A DNA stretch of 63,982 bases, the filler included, from Basidiobolus ranarum (taxonomy: Eukaryota), in the NCBI GenBank assembly GCA_040143965.1. It is 3 parts of 3 records of this genome, joined end to end, with 100 filler letters (N's around TTAATTAATTAA, not from the genome) between each part and the next. Parts side by side here need not be neighbours in the genome. Positions count along the whole stretch, not along the records: positions 1 to 23,413 come from JASJQH010000166.1; 2 more parts are not named here. One strand, 5' to 3'. The position numbers and the translations under genes were made by a program. Under the pieces are notes generated by a model. That model saw only the letters and a program-made list of their open reading frames with translations, was not told the DNA's origin and searched no databases. Shown here piece after piece: positions 12,874 through 23,513 of the stretch; within the stretch, counting starts at the first letter, position 1; each line of letters starts with the position of its first letter.

Positions 12874-15114
12874 TTAGTTCCCGAGGGCTTTCAGGTTTTC
12901 CTCAATTTTCTTGACTACCTCCCGTGCAGAGTATGGAATCTTGGTACCTGGTCCAAAGATACAACCCACACCTGCCTTGTACAAGAAATCATAATCTTGT
13001 GTAGGAATGACTCCACCACAGAACACTATCACGTCATTGGCTCCTTGTTTCTTGAGCTCAGCGATGAGCTCTGGGACCAAAGTTTTGTGACCAGCTGCAA
13101 GAGAGGATACTCCAACGGCGTGGACATCAGAATCAATGGCTTGACGTGCAACTTCAGAAGGTGTTTGGAACAAAGGACCGACATCAACATCAAAACCAAG
13201 ATCGGCGAAACCAGATGCTACAACTTTAGCACCACGATCGTGTCCATCTTGTCCCATTTTGGCCACAAGGATACGAGGGCGACGACCATAGTTTTCACTG
13301 AAGGTATCGATCAAACTCAAGATACTGGATACCTCGTCTTTATCTTTATATTCGGATTTATACGCACCAGAAACTACGCGAGTGGCGGGTAAATGACGTC
13401 CCCAAACCTTTTCTAAGGCATCGGAGATTTCTCCTACCGTACATCTAGCACGAGAAGCTTCAATAGAGAGTTCCAAAAGATTTCCTTCTCCAGTTCTAGC
13501 ACTGTTTTCTAAAGCGGCAAGGCATTGCTCCGCCTTCACGGGATCTCTGCTAGCTTTCATTTTATTGATTCTATCGATTTGCTTCTGTCTGACTATAGAG
13601 TTATCGATAGATAAAACGTCAACAGGGTCCTCCTTGTCTAAGCGGTATTTGTTAACACCGACAATGGTTTCAACTCCCGAATCGATACGTGCCTGTCTTT
13701 TGGCGGCACTCTCTTCGATTCTAAGTTTTGGCATACCAGAGTCCACAGCCTTAGCCATACCTCCGAGACCTTCGACCTCATCGATTACCTTCATCGCTTC
13801 CTCGTAGATCTCATTTGTAAGACTCTCCATCATATAGGATCCAGCCCAAGGATCGGCAACCTTTGGAATACAAGCCTCTTCCTGAAGAATCAACTGGGTA
13901 TTTCTGGCAATACGTGCACTGAACTCAGTAGGCAAACCGATAGCCTCATCAAGAGCATTGGTATGAAGCGATTGAGTACCACCTAAAGTAGCAGCCATAG
14001 CTTCAACAGTAGTACGGATGATGTTATTATAAGGATCTTGTTCAGTCAGGGACCATCCAGAAGTTTGACAATGGGTTCTCAGAAGAAGTGATTTGGGGTT
14101 AGTGGGGTTGAACTTTTCCTTTATAAGGTTAGCCCATAGACGTCTAGCGGCTCTCATCTTGGCGATTTCCATGTAAAAGTTCATTCCGATAGCCCAGAAG
14201 AAGGAAAGTCTAGGGGCAAATTGATCTACTGTCATACCAGCCTTAATACCAGTACGAACGTACTCAATACCATCAGCGATAGTGAAAGCCAATTCTAATA
14301 CGTTGTTAGCACCAGCTTCTTGCATATGATAACCAGAAATAGAAATAGAATTCCATTTTGGCATATTCTTGGCTGTATGCGAGAAAATATCGGCGATAAT
14401 TCTCATAGAAGGTTCAGGTGGATAAATGAATGTATTACGCACCATGAATTCTTTCAAAATATCATTTTGAATGGTACCAGCTAAGTCTTTTTGTGTTGCT
14501 CCTTGTTCTTCAGCAGCAACAACATACATACCAAGAATTGGTAGTACGGCACCGTTCATGGTCATAGAGACGGACATTTTGTTTAAAGGGATACCGTCAA
14601 ACAAAATCTTCATATCTTCAACACTGTCGATAGCTACTCCAGCCATACCGACGTCACCAGTAACTCTGGGATGGTCAGAGTCATATCCTCTGTGAGTAGC
14701 TAAATCAAAAGCTACACTAAGACCTTGTTGACCAGCAGCCAGATTTTTCCGGTAGAAACGGTTACTCTCCTCTACTGTACTAAACCCTGCGTACTGACGA
14801 ATAGTCCAAGGACGAGCGGTATACATAGTAGCATAAGGACCACGGGTATAGGGGAACTTTCCGGGAATCTCATCAGGTATGTTTGCAATGTCAGCTTTGG
14901 TATATACAGGTTTTACGTCAATCCCTTCAGCAGTTTTCCAATTCAAGGCTACCGCTGGGTCTTTTCCTTTCAACTCTTTAGAGGCAAGTTTAGCCCAGTC
15001 TTCAGGTAGTGGAGTTTTAAAGGACTTAGGCTTAGTACTAGAGAAACCTCTAAATGAGGTAAATGTGGGAAGTGGCCTTCTGAGTGCTCTTCTTAAAGCA
15101 AATGCGTAAGTCAT
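12874..15114 (-). CDS. MMUT: Mitochondrial adenosylcobalamin-dependent methylmalonyl-CoA mutase
   Basis: Presequence [15 protein letters not shown], then [60 protein letters not shown], and B12-binding [10 protein letters not shown] (DxHxxG) and SSLAAGH. Intronless, 746 aa. Confidence 0.98.
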   Translation of the reverse strand: MTYAFALRRALRRPLPTFTSFRGFSSTKPKSFKTPLPEDWAKLASKELKGKDPAVALNWKTAEGIDVKPVYTKADIANIPDEIPGKFPYTRGPYATMYTARPWTIRQYAGFSTVEESNRFYRKNLAAGQQGLSVAFDLATHRGYDSDHPRVTGDVGMAGVAIDSVEDMKILFDGIPLNKMSVSMTMNGAVLPILGMYVVAAEEQGATQKDLAGTIQNDILKEFMVRNTFIYPPEPSMRIIADIFSHTAKNMPKWNSISISGYHMQEAGANNVLELAFTIADGIEYVRTGIKAGMTVDQFAPRLSFFWAIGMNFYMEIAKMRAARRLWANLIKEKFNPTNPKSLLLRTHCQTSGWSLTEQDPYNNIIRTTVEAMAATLGGTQSLHTNALDEAIGLPTEFSARIARNTQLILQEEACIPKVADPWAGSYMMESLTNEIYEEAMKVIDEVEGLGGMAKAVDSGMPKLRIEESAAKRQARIDSGVETIVGVNKYRLDKEDPVDVLSIDNSIVRQKQIDRINKMKASRDPVKAEQCLAALENSARTGEGNLLELSIEASRARCTVGEISDALEKVWGRHLPATRVVSGAYKSEYKDKDEVSSILSLIDTFSENYGRRPRILVAKMGQDGHDRGAKVVASGFADLGFDVDVGPLFQTPSEVARQAIDSDVHAVGVSSLAAGHKTLVPELIAELKKQGANDVIVFCGGVIPTQDYDFLYKAGVGCIFGPGTKIPYSAREVVKKIEENLKALGN

Positions 15115-16853
15115 TTGTATTTCAAGTCAAAATACTGGGCAAAAGTGGAGGTTATAAAGCAAAGGAATAAGCCAAGTGTGGGGTAAGTGTTGAATATTTC
15201 AGTAAAGTGGGGTTATACTTATGTATAATGTGGTGAGAATGTTTGTGCAAGCCGTATGATGTCGGGTATTTGACTTATAAGAATTTAAATGAATCAATCC
15301 AGCGAGGAGTCTGATGTTAAATCCTAAATTACAGGGAGTGGCTGATTTTGTGGGTAAAGCCGATTATTTCGACCGATTATGACCCATCGTTACCTCTTGT
15401 TGAAGTGAGTATCATTTAGCAATCCACAGAGAGCGCCATCCAACCAAGGGCCGATCTGGATAGACTCTGGACTCTAAAAAAGTGAGACAGTCATTCCAAC
15501 TCTTGACTGTCAAATAAGTAATAACGAATCTATTCCTCTCAATTTGGAAATTATAGTGAAGGTGGCTTGGGATTAGGTATGGTAAAGTGTATAGATGAGG
15601 GGGTTTGTTCCAAGCACCAGACAAGGTCCGGTTCTAATGGGTCAGCGGGTATGTTGAGTGTGGGAAAGTAATCATAATTACATAGCTTCGTCATCAATTC
15701 ACCCACTTCAGCTCTACCTGCTGTTAAATTACCCCATTTACCCATGAAAAATCACTCCATAACTACCCCGGCAATTTCCCTGTTACACGACCCAACTCGT
15801 GAGAAAATATTCATGTACTTCAACACTCATTTGTGCGGATGTGGGTGTGGGTGCGAGTATGAAGACGAAAGGTTGAATGAAGTGAATTCACGGTCAGCGT
15901 AAATAAAGTGATTGTTACTTAATTTTCTTCGGTTTCGTTTACCCGGAGATACTTAATGAATCTATTCTCTCATCTCCTCTTTCATGAGGTCTTTGTATTT
16001 CATTCGGCATTCATACCTCGCTTGAAAGAAATTCGATAAGTTTCACATTCTAGAGCTAACCAATGATGAGTCTAGCCGTCTTTAAGATAAGGCTTAGGCA
16101 TCCGGTTAACTTGAATCCCTTTTCCTTTTGGGACAGAAGCTCAGGCTCTTGGGCAAAGGTTGTCGACATTTTCAATTATTAGATTGTACCCATGTCCATA
16201 TTTTCTGGGCTTCAAATAGCAATTGGATTTCTATACCGTTAAATCCAATTTGAGCAGTCCATTCAGCGATTCTAGACTTCAATTTCAGTGCCTCCTACCG
16301 ATTGGTAGTTAATTGATTCGAGGTTTATATATTTATATATAACAAGTCAGATTGAAAATTATTCTTTTAACTCAAACAACTTCGGCACCTAAGTTTAAAC
16401 TCGTGTAAACCTATAGAAGTCTAATAAATAGAACTCGCTATGTCTTTTTAAGCCATTCAAATGGTCGGTTTACATGTTTCGGAGCTTTTATCACAAAGTT
16501 GATGTGTTACACGATATACATTTTTCAAGCTAAATCGTTCTGAATGTTTCAAATTTACCTTATAATAATCATTTGGCACACTACATACATTCGTCAAGTT
16601 AAATCATCATGCATGCTCTAAGCATCTGTTACACTGCATTCCAAATGGGACGAGGATCACCGAGAAGCTCTGGTATCGAAAGTGGCCAGAATTATAAAAA
16701 TTAAGTAGCGCTATAGATATACTTCTCCGAGTTCATAACTGAGCCATTGTAGTCATACAAGTATTCGATACTCTGCTATATACAAAGGGCCTTTTCTAAC
16801 CTGGTGTGGGGGTCACAACTGAATTCTTCAGATACATACGAATGCCCTGATTC

Positions 16854-18890
16854 TTAACTCTTGCTCTGGTTTGGTAAATAGTACATCACGTAATTCACGG
16901 AACCGACCACGGCCACGCACCTCCAAGTCATAGCATGGCGTTTTGTTTCCTTCAAATGCATTCCATGCTGTTCAATATCAGCATCTGATATACTTAACGT
17001 AGAATGTACATATTGAATATGAGGCAGTTTCTGAGTTGCATTTATAATATCTCTAATAGTTAATCCTTCAAAGTCAACGAGTTGTATTTCTGTGACATGC
17101 GGTAAATATCGTTGTAAGAGAGCAGATAACGTCCCCCCGGAGATGTCCCACACCCCATAGAGGAAAAATTTGGACTTGCCACTGAATTCATTTCTTAATG
17201 CTGCTTGGCTTGCGGATTCAGAGGGTAGGGGTGAATCTGCTCTAAGTATCTCATCCAAGGGCAATGATCGATGATATCCTTCAGTGCTCAGTCTGAGATG
17301 TTCCAATGGTGGACATGAATCCAATAAACGAAACTGAAAAAGGACAGCTGATTCTCCAATTAGTAACAACTCCCTCAAACGCGGCAATTTCCAGTCCCAG
17401 GTCCATGTCCAGCAAGGTGAGTCAGTTGCTCGTATCGGAAGAGATGAGCCTTTTTCGAGAAGTATGAGTTTTTCCAGTAGCGGTGAGTATTTGAGAGAGG
17501 CAAAATTGAATTTATAAGATATTCCGTACTCCAATTGGATTTTGCGAAGGTTTGGTAGCTTAAGCACTGGGCCAAATTCAGCTACAGTGCTACTACTACG
17601 ATACTCATACTTGCTGATTAAGTAAAGTTCTTCCAGAGATGGACACAGGTTGAGCGATTGAAGGTCAAACAATGAAAAATCTGCTTCACTGATCTTGATC
17701 TTTACAAGGTTCGGTAGCAACCAATCCCAACAGAGAGGGTCGGGGTCGAGCCCAGTGGTTTGATTGTCCACTACATTGATGCTCTTGATTGTATTTCTGA
17801 ATGCATAAAAGATATCCTGGACAGTGGGAAGGGCAGCACAATGTTTACACAATATGTCAACATCTTGAAGAGGTGCCAGTTTGATATCAGGCGTACAACT
17901 TGAGGTGGATCCTGATTTTATGAGTAAATTCCGTCTCTCTACTGCCCACTTGAAACTATCAGGTCGAGACGGGCTAAAGCGGATTTTTTCCAATTTAGGA
18001 CAACGTTGAAATAAAGACGCTGAGTCCCAGTCTTGTATTCCCCCAGAATAGCAAATGAGTGGGCCACCAAAGACTCGGAGATGGTCAGCAGTAGGACCTT
18101 GAATATACTGACAAAAGTCATAAGAGTTATTTACATCAATTACTTGAGGCCGTTTCAGAATTTTGATTATATCCTCAATTTGTATATCTAACTGAGTTCC
18201 TTTACGCTCCAAGTCGGTGAGATCTGGGATTTTTATCTCAGTTAAGGTGTCGTTGAAAGTGTCAACATGAAGCTTGACAAACTCGATCGCATCCTGTATT
18301 ACCACTATATTTTGGTCGTTGGTGTAAATGGTATCATCGTTATGAATCCTACAATATTCGATTCTTTTCAGAGAAGCCATTCTTGTAACTGTCGACAAAT
18401 ATGGTTTCATGTTCAAGATTGGTAAACAAATACTCTTAATCTTCTCCGCATTATGCTTGTAAAATAAGGAATTAATGATTTGGCCAACCCCAAGACCAAA
18501 GTCGCTTATCATATAAGAAAAATTTTCCTCATAAATGCTTTCCCACTCAGCTTGATTAATCTCCGTGTAGTAATTTAGATAATTCACTGTGAACGGAGCA
18601 GTTGGAGGGTTCCATTCTGTAAGGGCCCAGTCCGACATCTCTGTAGTAGACTTTTTCAGTTCAGGTAAAAGGTTCGAGGAAGCCAAGAGAAGATACAAAA
18701 TCTCTCGCTTTGTGGTTTTTGAAAGCCCATGCCAAAAGCATGGACGGAAAGGATTCTTATACAAAATAGGTATAACTGTGTTGAAAAATAATCTATTGAC
18801 TGTGAGCAAGGAATGTAGTGTATGCCTTTCGTATTCAAGATGTGAAATGATGAGGGTAATTATCTCAATTGATAATCGAAATTGTGACAT
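16854..18890 (-). CDS. F-box-like / LRR (RNI-like) family protein, copy 1
   Basis: Start MSQFRLSIEII at 18890 chosen by alignment to copy 2. F-box-like N-terminus (LHSLLTVNRLFFNTVIPILYKNPF), LRR-like CPxLExL repeats and WTWxWxLP motif. Confidence 0.75.
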   Translation of the reverse strand: MSQFRLSIEIITLIISHLEYERHTLHSLLTVNRLFFNTVIPILYKNPFRPCFWHGLSKTTKREILYLLLASSNLLPELKKSTTEMSDWALTEWNPPTAPFTVNYLNYYTEINQAEWESIYEENFSYMISDFGLGVGQIINSLFYKHNAEKIKSICLPILNMKPYLSTVTRMASLKRIEYCRIHNDDTIYTNDQNIVVIQDAIEFVKLHVDTFNDTLTEIKIPDLTDLERKGTQLDIQIEDIIKILKRPQVIDVNNSYDFCQYIQGPTADHLRVFGGPLICYSGGIQDWDSASLFQRCPKLEKIRFSPSRPDSFKWAVERRNLLIKSGSTSSCTPDIKLAPLQDVDILCKHCAALPTVQDIFYAFRNTIKSINVVDNQTTGLDPDPLCWDWLLPNLVKIKISEADFSLFDLQSLNLCPSLEELYLISKYEYRSSSTVAEFGPVLKLPNLRKIQLEYGISYKFNFASLKYSPLLEKLILLEKGSSLPIRATDSPCWTWTWDWKLPRLRELLLIGESAVLFQFRLLDSCPPLEHLRLSTEGYHRSLPLDEILRADSPLPSESASQAALRNEFSGKSKFFLYGVWDISGGTLSALLQRYLPHVTEIQLVDFEGLTIRDIINATQKLPHIQYVHSTLSISDADIEQHGMHLKETKRHAMTWRCVAVVGSVNYVMYYLPNQSKS

Positions 18891-20115
18891 TTTCAAAGTA
18901 AATTCAACTCCAGAAGCAAAGCAAGTGAAGAGTGAAGGTATTCTGACACTGAACCGGAAGAAAGTTAATATGCTTATTCTGTTGACAACCTGGAAATGCA
19001 CTCAATGACGCAGTACTACATCCAAAAAACATGATATTAGGCTAAGAAAAAGCACGAAACAAATTAATCTCTGGCACTAACAATTACGATGAATTATCGC
19101 TTACTTGATTTGCCAGTATTTGGCATTAGTATGATTTTCTAAGCCACCATATGTAAATTAATCGGAGCTACATTGGTGCATATTATTTCCAAGTAGTTTT
19201 ATTATTTTTGAACTTTGTTGTTTAACTTTTCTTAAGCTGTAAGCATTGAATATTGTGCTTTCTGTTCCTCCTTTCCACAGAGATGAAGAGTTTAAGAGAT
19301 GCTACATCATCAAGAGCACCAAGCCTGTAACTAAAAGACTCCCATAGTGACAAGAATTGTTGGATGGACTGCTCAGATTTGATCTAGGACAATTTCAATA
19401 CTTTTCAATTGGTAGTGTACGTATATATAATAATTGAATTCAATATAAGCAGCTTTATCTTTTAAATCTTGCTCTGACTTGTGCATATTACACTTAAAAA
19501 ACCTCTTTATCTAGATTATATGTCATAAAGTTGATTTACCTCACAACATTCCAAATACTCTTCTATACTGCGCTAGCACATTCGACATCTAGTTAGTCTT
19601 TGTTTCATTACACCATCAAATAAGATGCTGCAAAGAGTCGCCACAAAATGAAAGTACTCCGTATTAATATGAATATAGTATATTGTAGATGACTGGAGCA
19701 TAATATCCCAAGTATCCTCTAGTGTATTATAGCAGTAGTGTATAATAGTGATCTATAATTGTTTTTAGACTATTCACCTAAAGCCCTGTTCAATCACAAA
19801 ATTCAAATTTACCTCACACAATGGTTGATACATGGTAAAATTGACCAAATTAAATCATTATGCATGTTCCATTATACCAAAGGCATCTCTGATAATCAGT
19901 TACAGTTATGTAATCCAAATGGGACAACAATCACCCAACAGTTCTGGTATATCTATATAGAAAATATCTAATAATATAAAAGGGCTTCTGAGTTGGTACT
20001 TAGCTGCTAGTATTATATAGTAATTGTAAATGTGCGACACAAAGTTTACATGGTGGATAAGTAACAATTGAATCTTTTAGATATATACAAAGACCCTTAT
20101 TTTTTAACACTTGCT

Positions 20116-22122
20116 CTAGTTTAGTACATATCTCATAATGTAGATCACGGAGCCACATCTCCACACTTTACCATGTTCATTGCTTTCCTCCAAGAGCATC
20201 TCATTTTGTTCGATATCAGCATCAGTTAAAGTCAATGTAGAACGTACGCATCGAACATGAGGCAATCTTTGGGTCGCATGTATGATGTCTGTGCTGCTTA
20301 ACCCTTCTAATCCAATAAGCCTGATTTCCGTAGCATGCGACATGTATCGTTGTAAGAGAGCAGATAGCGTCACCCCAGAGATTTTAAACCCTCCAAAGTA
20401 GAAATATTTACACCCGGGGCTGATTTCATTGCTTGATACTAATTGACTCACGCATTCAGTAGATGTATTTGTATTGAGTATCTCATTCAAGGTCAGTGTT
20501 CGGTGATACTCTCCAATGTTAAGACTAAGTTGTTCCAGTAGTGGACATGAATTCAATAAACGGAATTGAAAGAGAGCAGCTGATTCTCCACTCAGTGTCA
20601 ACTTCTTTAAACGTGGCAATTTCCAGTCCCAGGTCCAAGTCCAGCAAAGTGAGTTGGATGGACGTATCGGAAGAGATGAGCCTGTTTCGAAAAGCAGGAT
20701 ACTTTCTAATAGTGGTGAGTATTTGAGAGAGCCAAGATTGAATCTGTGAGATATTCTGTTAAACACCACAATACTTCGAAGATTTGGTAGCCTCAGCACT
20801 GGGCCAAATTCGGCTATATCACTATTACTACCATCCTCATACTTACTGGTTAAGCCGAGTTCTTCCAAAGACGGGCACAAGTTGAGTGATTCAAAGTCAA
20901 ACAGTGTAAAATCTACAAAAACCAAGTGGATTTTTGCTAGGTTAGGTAGCAACCAATCCCAGTTTAGAGGTTCAGGACTGGGCTCAATGTATGGCTTATC
21001 CACCACAATGATGTTTCTAATTGTATTCCGGAAAGCATAAAAGATGTCTTTGACAATACGAAGAGCAGCGAAGTTTTTACATACCACGTACACTTCTTGA
21101 AGGGGTGGTAGTTTGATCTCTGATGTACTGCTTGAAGAGCAGTAAGAATCTAAAAGTAAATCACGCTTCTCCACTGCCCACTTGAAACTGTCTGGCCCAG
21201 ACGGACAGAAATATACTTTCTCCAGTTTAGGACAGCGTTGAAATAAAGATTCTGAGTCCCAGTTTGGTATTTCTTCTCTCAATCTCATGAACGGCCCCCT
21301 AAAGACTCGGAGATGTTCAACAGTTGGTCCTTGCATGTACTTGCAAAAATCATAGGTGCCATCCACTTCAATTACGCTAGGTCGCTCCAGAGTTCTGATT
21401 ATATCCCCGATTTGTACATCTAGCTGATTTTCATCACATTTTAAGTCACTAAGATCTGGAATCTTGATCTCGGTTAAGGTGTCGCCAAAGGTTTCAACAT
21501 GGATTTTGACAAACTCAATCGCATCTTTTATCGTTACAATATCTTGGTCATAGGCGGCCAGGGTTGGACCTTGGTCTACCCTACAATATTCCAGCCGTTT
21601 CAGAGAAGACATTCTTGTAGCTAACGGCAAGTAAGGCTTCATGTCCACGATGGGCAAACACACACTCTTTAGCTTCTTCGCATTATGTTCGCAAAATATA
21701 AAGTTGAGAATTTGGTCAATTTGAAGGTTAGAATTGCTGGTTACGTAGAAATGTTGTTCATTGTTAATACCTGCCCACTCCGAATAGTTCATTTCAGTGT
21801 AGTAGTTTAGATAGTTCACTGTAAATGGAGCGGCTGGAGGATCCCATTCAGTCAAGGCCTGGTCCAACAATTCTATTGTGACATTTGTTAGTTTAGGTAG
21901 AAGGTTTGAGGAAGCTAAAAAAAGGTATAGAATCTCTCGTTTTCTGCCTTCCAAAGTGTCTTCCCAAAAGCACGCACGAAAAGGATTCTTGTACAGGATA
22001 GGTATAGCTGCGTTGAAACACATCTTATTGACTGTAAGCAAGGAATGTAGTGTTTTCTTTTCATATGTAAGATATAAAGTAATGAGAGCAATTATCTCAG
22101 TGGATACTCGAAGTTGTGACAT
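20116..22122 (-). CDS. F-box-like / LRR (RNI-like) family protein, copy 2
   Basis: Colinear paralog of copy 1 along its full length (APFTVNYLNYYTE, DAIEFVK, SLFQRCPKLEK, SLKYSPLLE, WTWTWDWKLPRL). Confidence 0.75.
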   Translation of the reverse strand: MSQLRVSTEIIALITLYLTYEKKTLHSLLTVNKMCFNAAIPILYKNPFRACFWEDTLEGRKREILYLFLASSNLLPKLTNVTIELLDQALTEWDPPAAPFTVNYLNYYTEMNYSEWAGINNEQHFYVTSNSNLQIDQILNFIFCEHNAKKLKSVCLPIVDMKPYLPLATRMSSLKRLEYCRVDQGPTLAAYDQDIVTIKDAIEFVKIHVETFGDTLTEIKIPDLSDLKCDENQLDVQIGDIIRTLERPSVIEVDGTYDFCKYMQGPTVEHLRVFRGPFMRLREEIPNWDSESLFQRCPKLEKVYFCPSGPDSFKWAVEKRDLLLDSYCSSSSTSEIKLPPLQEVYVVCKNFAALRIVKDIFYAFRNTIRNIIVVDKPYIEPSPEPLNWDWLLPNLAKIHLVFVDFTLFDFESLNLCPSLEELGLTSKYEDGSNSDIAEFGPVLRLPNLRSIVVFNRISHRFNLGSLKYSPLLESILLFETGSSLPIRPSNSLCWTWTWDWKLPRLKKLTLSGESAALFQFRLLNSCPLLEQLSLNIGEYHRTLTLNEILNTNTSTECVSQLVSSNEISPGCKYFYFGGFKISGVTLSALLQRYMSHATEIRLIGLEGLSSTDIIHATQRLPHVRCVRSTLTLTDADIEQNEMLLEESNEHGKVWRCGSVIYIMRYVLN

Positions 22123-22806
22123 TTATAAAGCCATTCAACGGTGGAAAAAATGAGAGTGAGGAATGTCAGCGATATAGTGCCTTGAAGCCTGAAACATATT
22201 TATATTGGAAATGGCCTATCTCTTTGATAAGTTTAACATATCCGCAATCCCGCAGTATTTCTGTTACAACAAAGTCTAGATCATAGTTTTGGCCACTAAT
22301 AAGAATCACTACTAGACCAAATGATAAGGAAATATTTTAGTCAGAAATAAATTTACTTATAGTTCACTTGCTTAGTCGCTTTTCTGGCGTTAGTGTAATC
22401 TTCTAAGCCACAATTTTTATAACATCAAAGTTAACTAGTTTCCTGGCCTCATCATATTGCATAGAGCATTTCTGAATCAACATCTCGTCATCTTTTTTTA
22501 AATACCCCGTAGTAATCATTTTGAAATATTCAACCAGTCAAATAATCTTGTATCCCCGATCAGTATAAAACTACACTGCGTCGCCGCAGATATCACCAAA
22601 CAGCTCTAGTAAATTTATACAGAATATGAAAGAACCCCGGAGTTTGTACCTAGCTCTTTGTATTCACCGACCAACGCCGCCATATTTAGGATTAGGTAGG
22701 TAAATATGTGATACAAAGTTTACATGATAGATAGACAACAATTCAGTGCTCTAGAAGCATACTGGGACCCGTATCTCTCAATTCTTCCACTAATTCGATT
22801 TGGTAG

Positions 22807-23390
22807 CTATATCGGCAAATACTTCACGGAGCCACACCTCCACCCTTTACCATGTTTCTTACTCTTCACCAGATACATCCCATTCTGTTCGATATCAGCA
22901 TCTGTTAAAGTCAATGTAGTTATATCCCCGATTTGCATATCTAACTGATTTTTATCACATCTCAAGTCACTAAAATCTGGAATCTTGATCTCAGTGAAGA
23001 TGTCATCAAAAGTCTCAACATGCATTTTGACAAACTCAATCGCATCTTGTATTGTTAAGTTATCTCGGTCATAGGTGGCAAAGGTCTGATCTTTGTATAC
23101 TCTGCAATACTTCAGCCGTTTCAGAGAAGACATTCTTGTAGCTAACGGCAAGTAAGGTTTCATGTATAGGATTGGCAAACACACACTCTTTAATCTCTTC
23201 GCATTAAGTTCACAGAATAAGAAGTTGATAATTTGGTCCACTCCAAGGTTAAAATATCTTGTTATGTCATGATTTTTCTCACTGTTAATATACTCCCACT
23301 CGGAATAGTTCATTTCAGTGTAGTAGTTTAGATAGTTCACTGTAAATGGAGCTGTTGAAGGGTCCCATTCAGTCAAGGCCAGGCTCAACT
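22807..23390 (-). pseudogene. Third F-box/LRR paralog: 5' end missing and large internal deletion
   Basis: Close match to copy 2, but DMQIGDI joins directly to TLTLTDADIEQN. Homology stops near 23390 just before the gap, with no ATG. Confidence 0.8.
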
Positions 23391-23413
23391 ATAGCTGTGT
23401 CGAAACACACCTT

Positions 23414-23513
23414 NNNNNNNNNNNNNNNNNNNNNNNNNNNNNNNNNNNNNNNNNNNNTTAATTAATTAANNNNNNNNNNNNNNNNNNNNNNNNNNNNNNN
23501 NNNNNNNNNNNNN
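23414..23513. other. Assembly gap with TTAATTAATTAA filler
   Basis: N run with a central ttaattaattaa (stops in all six frames); same structure as the second gap. Confidence 0.97.

Noticed and set aside
6627..15109. Many antisense or alternate-frame ORFs over EF-G1, CorA, the deacetylase and MMUT
   Set aside because: Expected shadows of codon-biased genes with no recognisable motifs.
12874..15114. MMUT as bacterial contamination or recent HGT because it is intronless
   Set aside because: It has a mitochondrial presequence and host-like codon usage, and several clearly eukaryotic neighbours (H3, RasGEF, PH, QPCT) are also intronless. Phylogeny would be needed to revive the idea.
15412..16169. 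Possible small spliced minus-strand gene starting MSTTFAQEPELLSQKEKG at 16169
   Set aside because: Plausible first exon and donor, but it stops soon after splicing and has no recognisable domain.
23458..23469. TTAATTAATTAA palindrome inside N runs (also 46936-46947)
   Set aside because: Identical filler centred in both 100-bp gaps; an assembly artefact, not biology.
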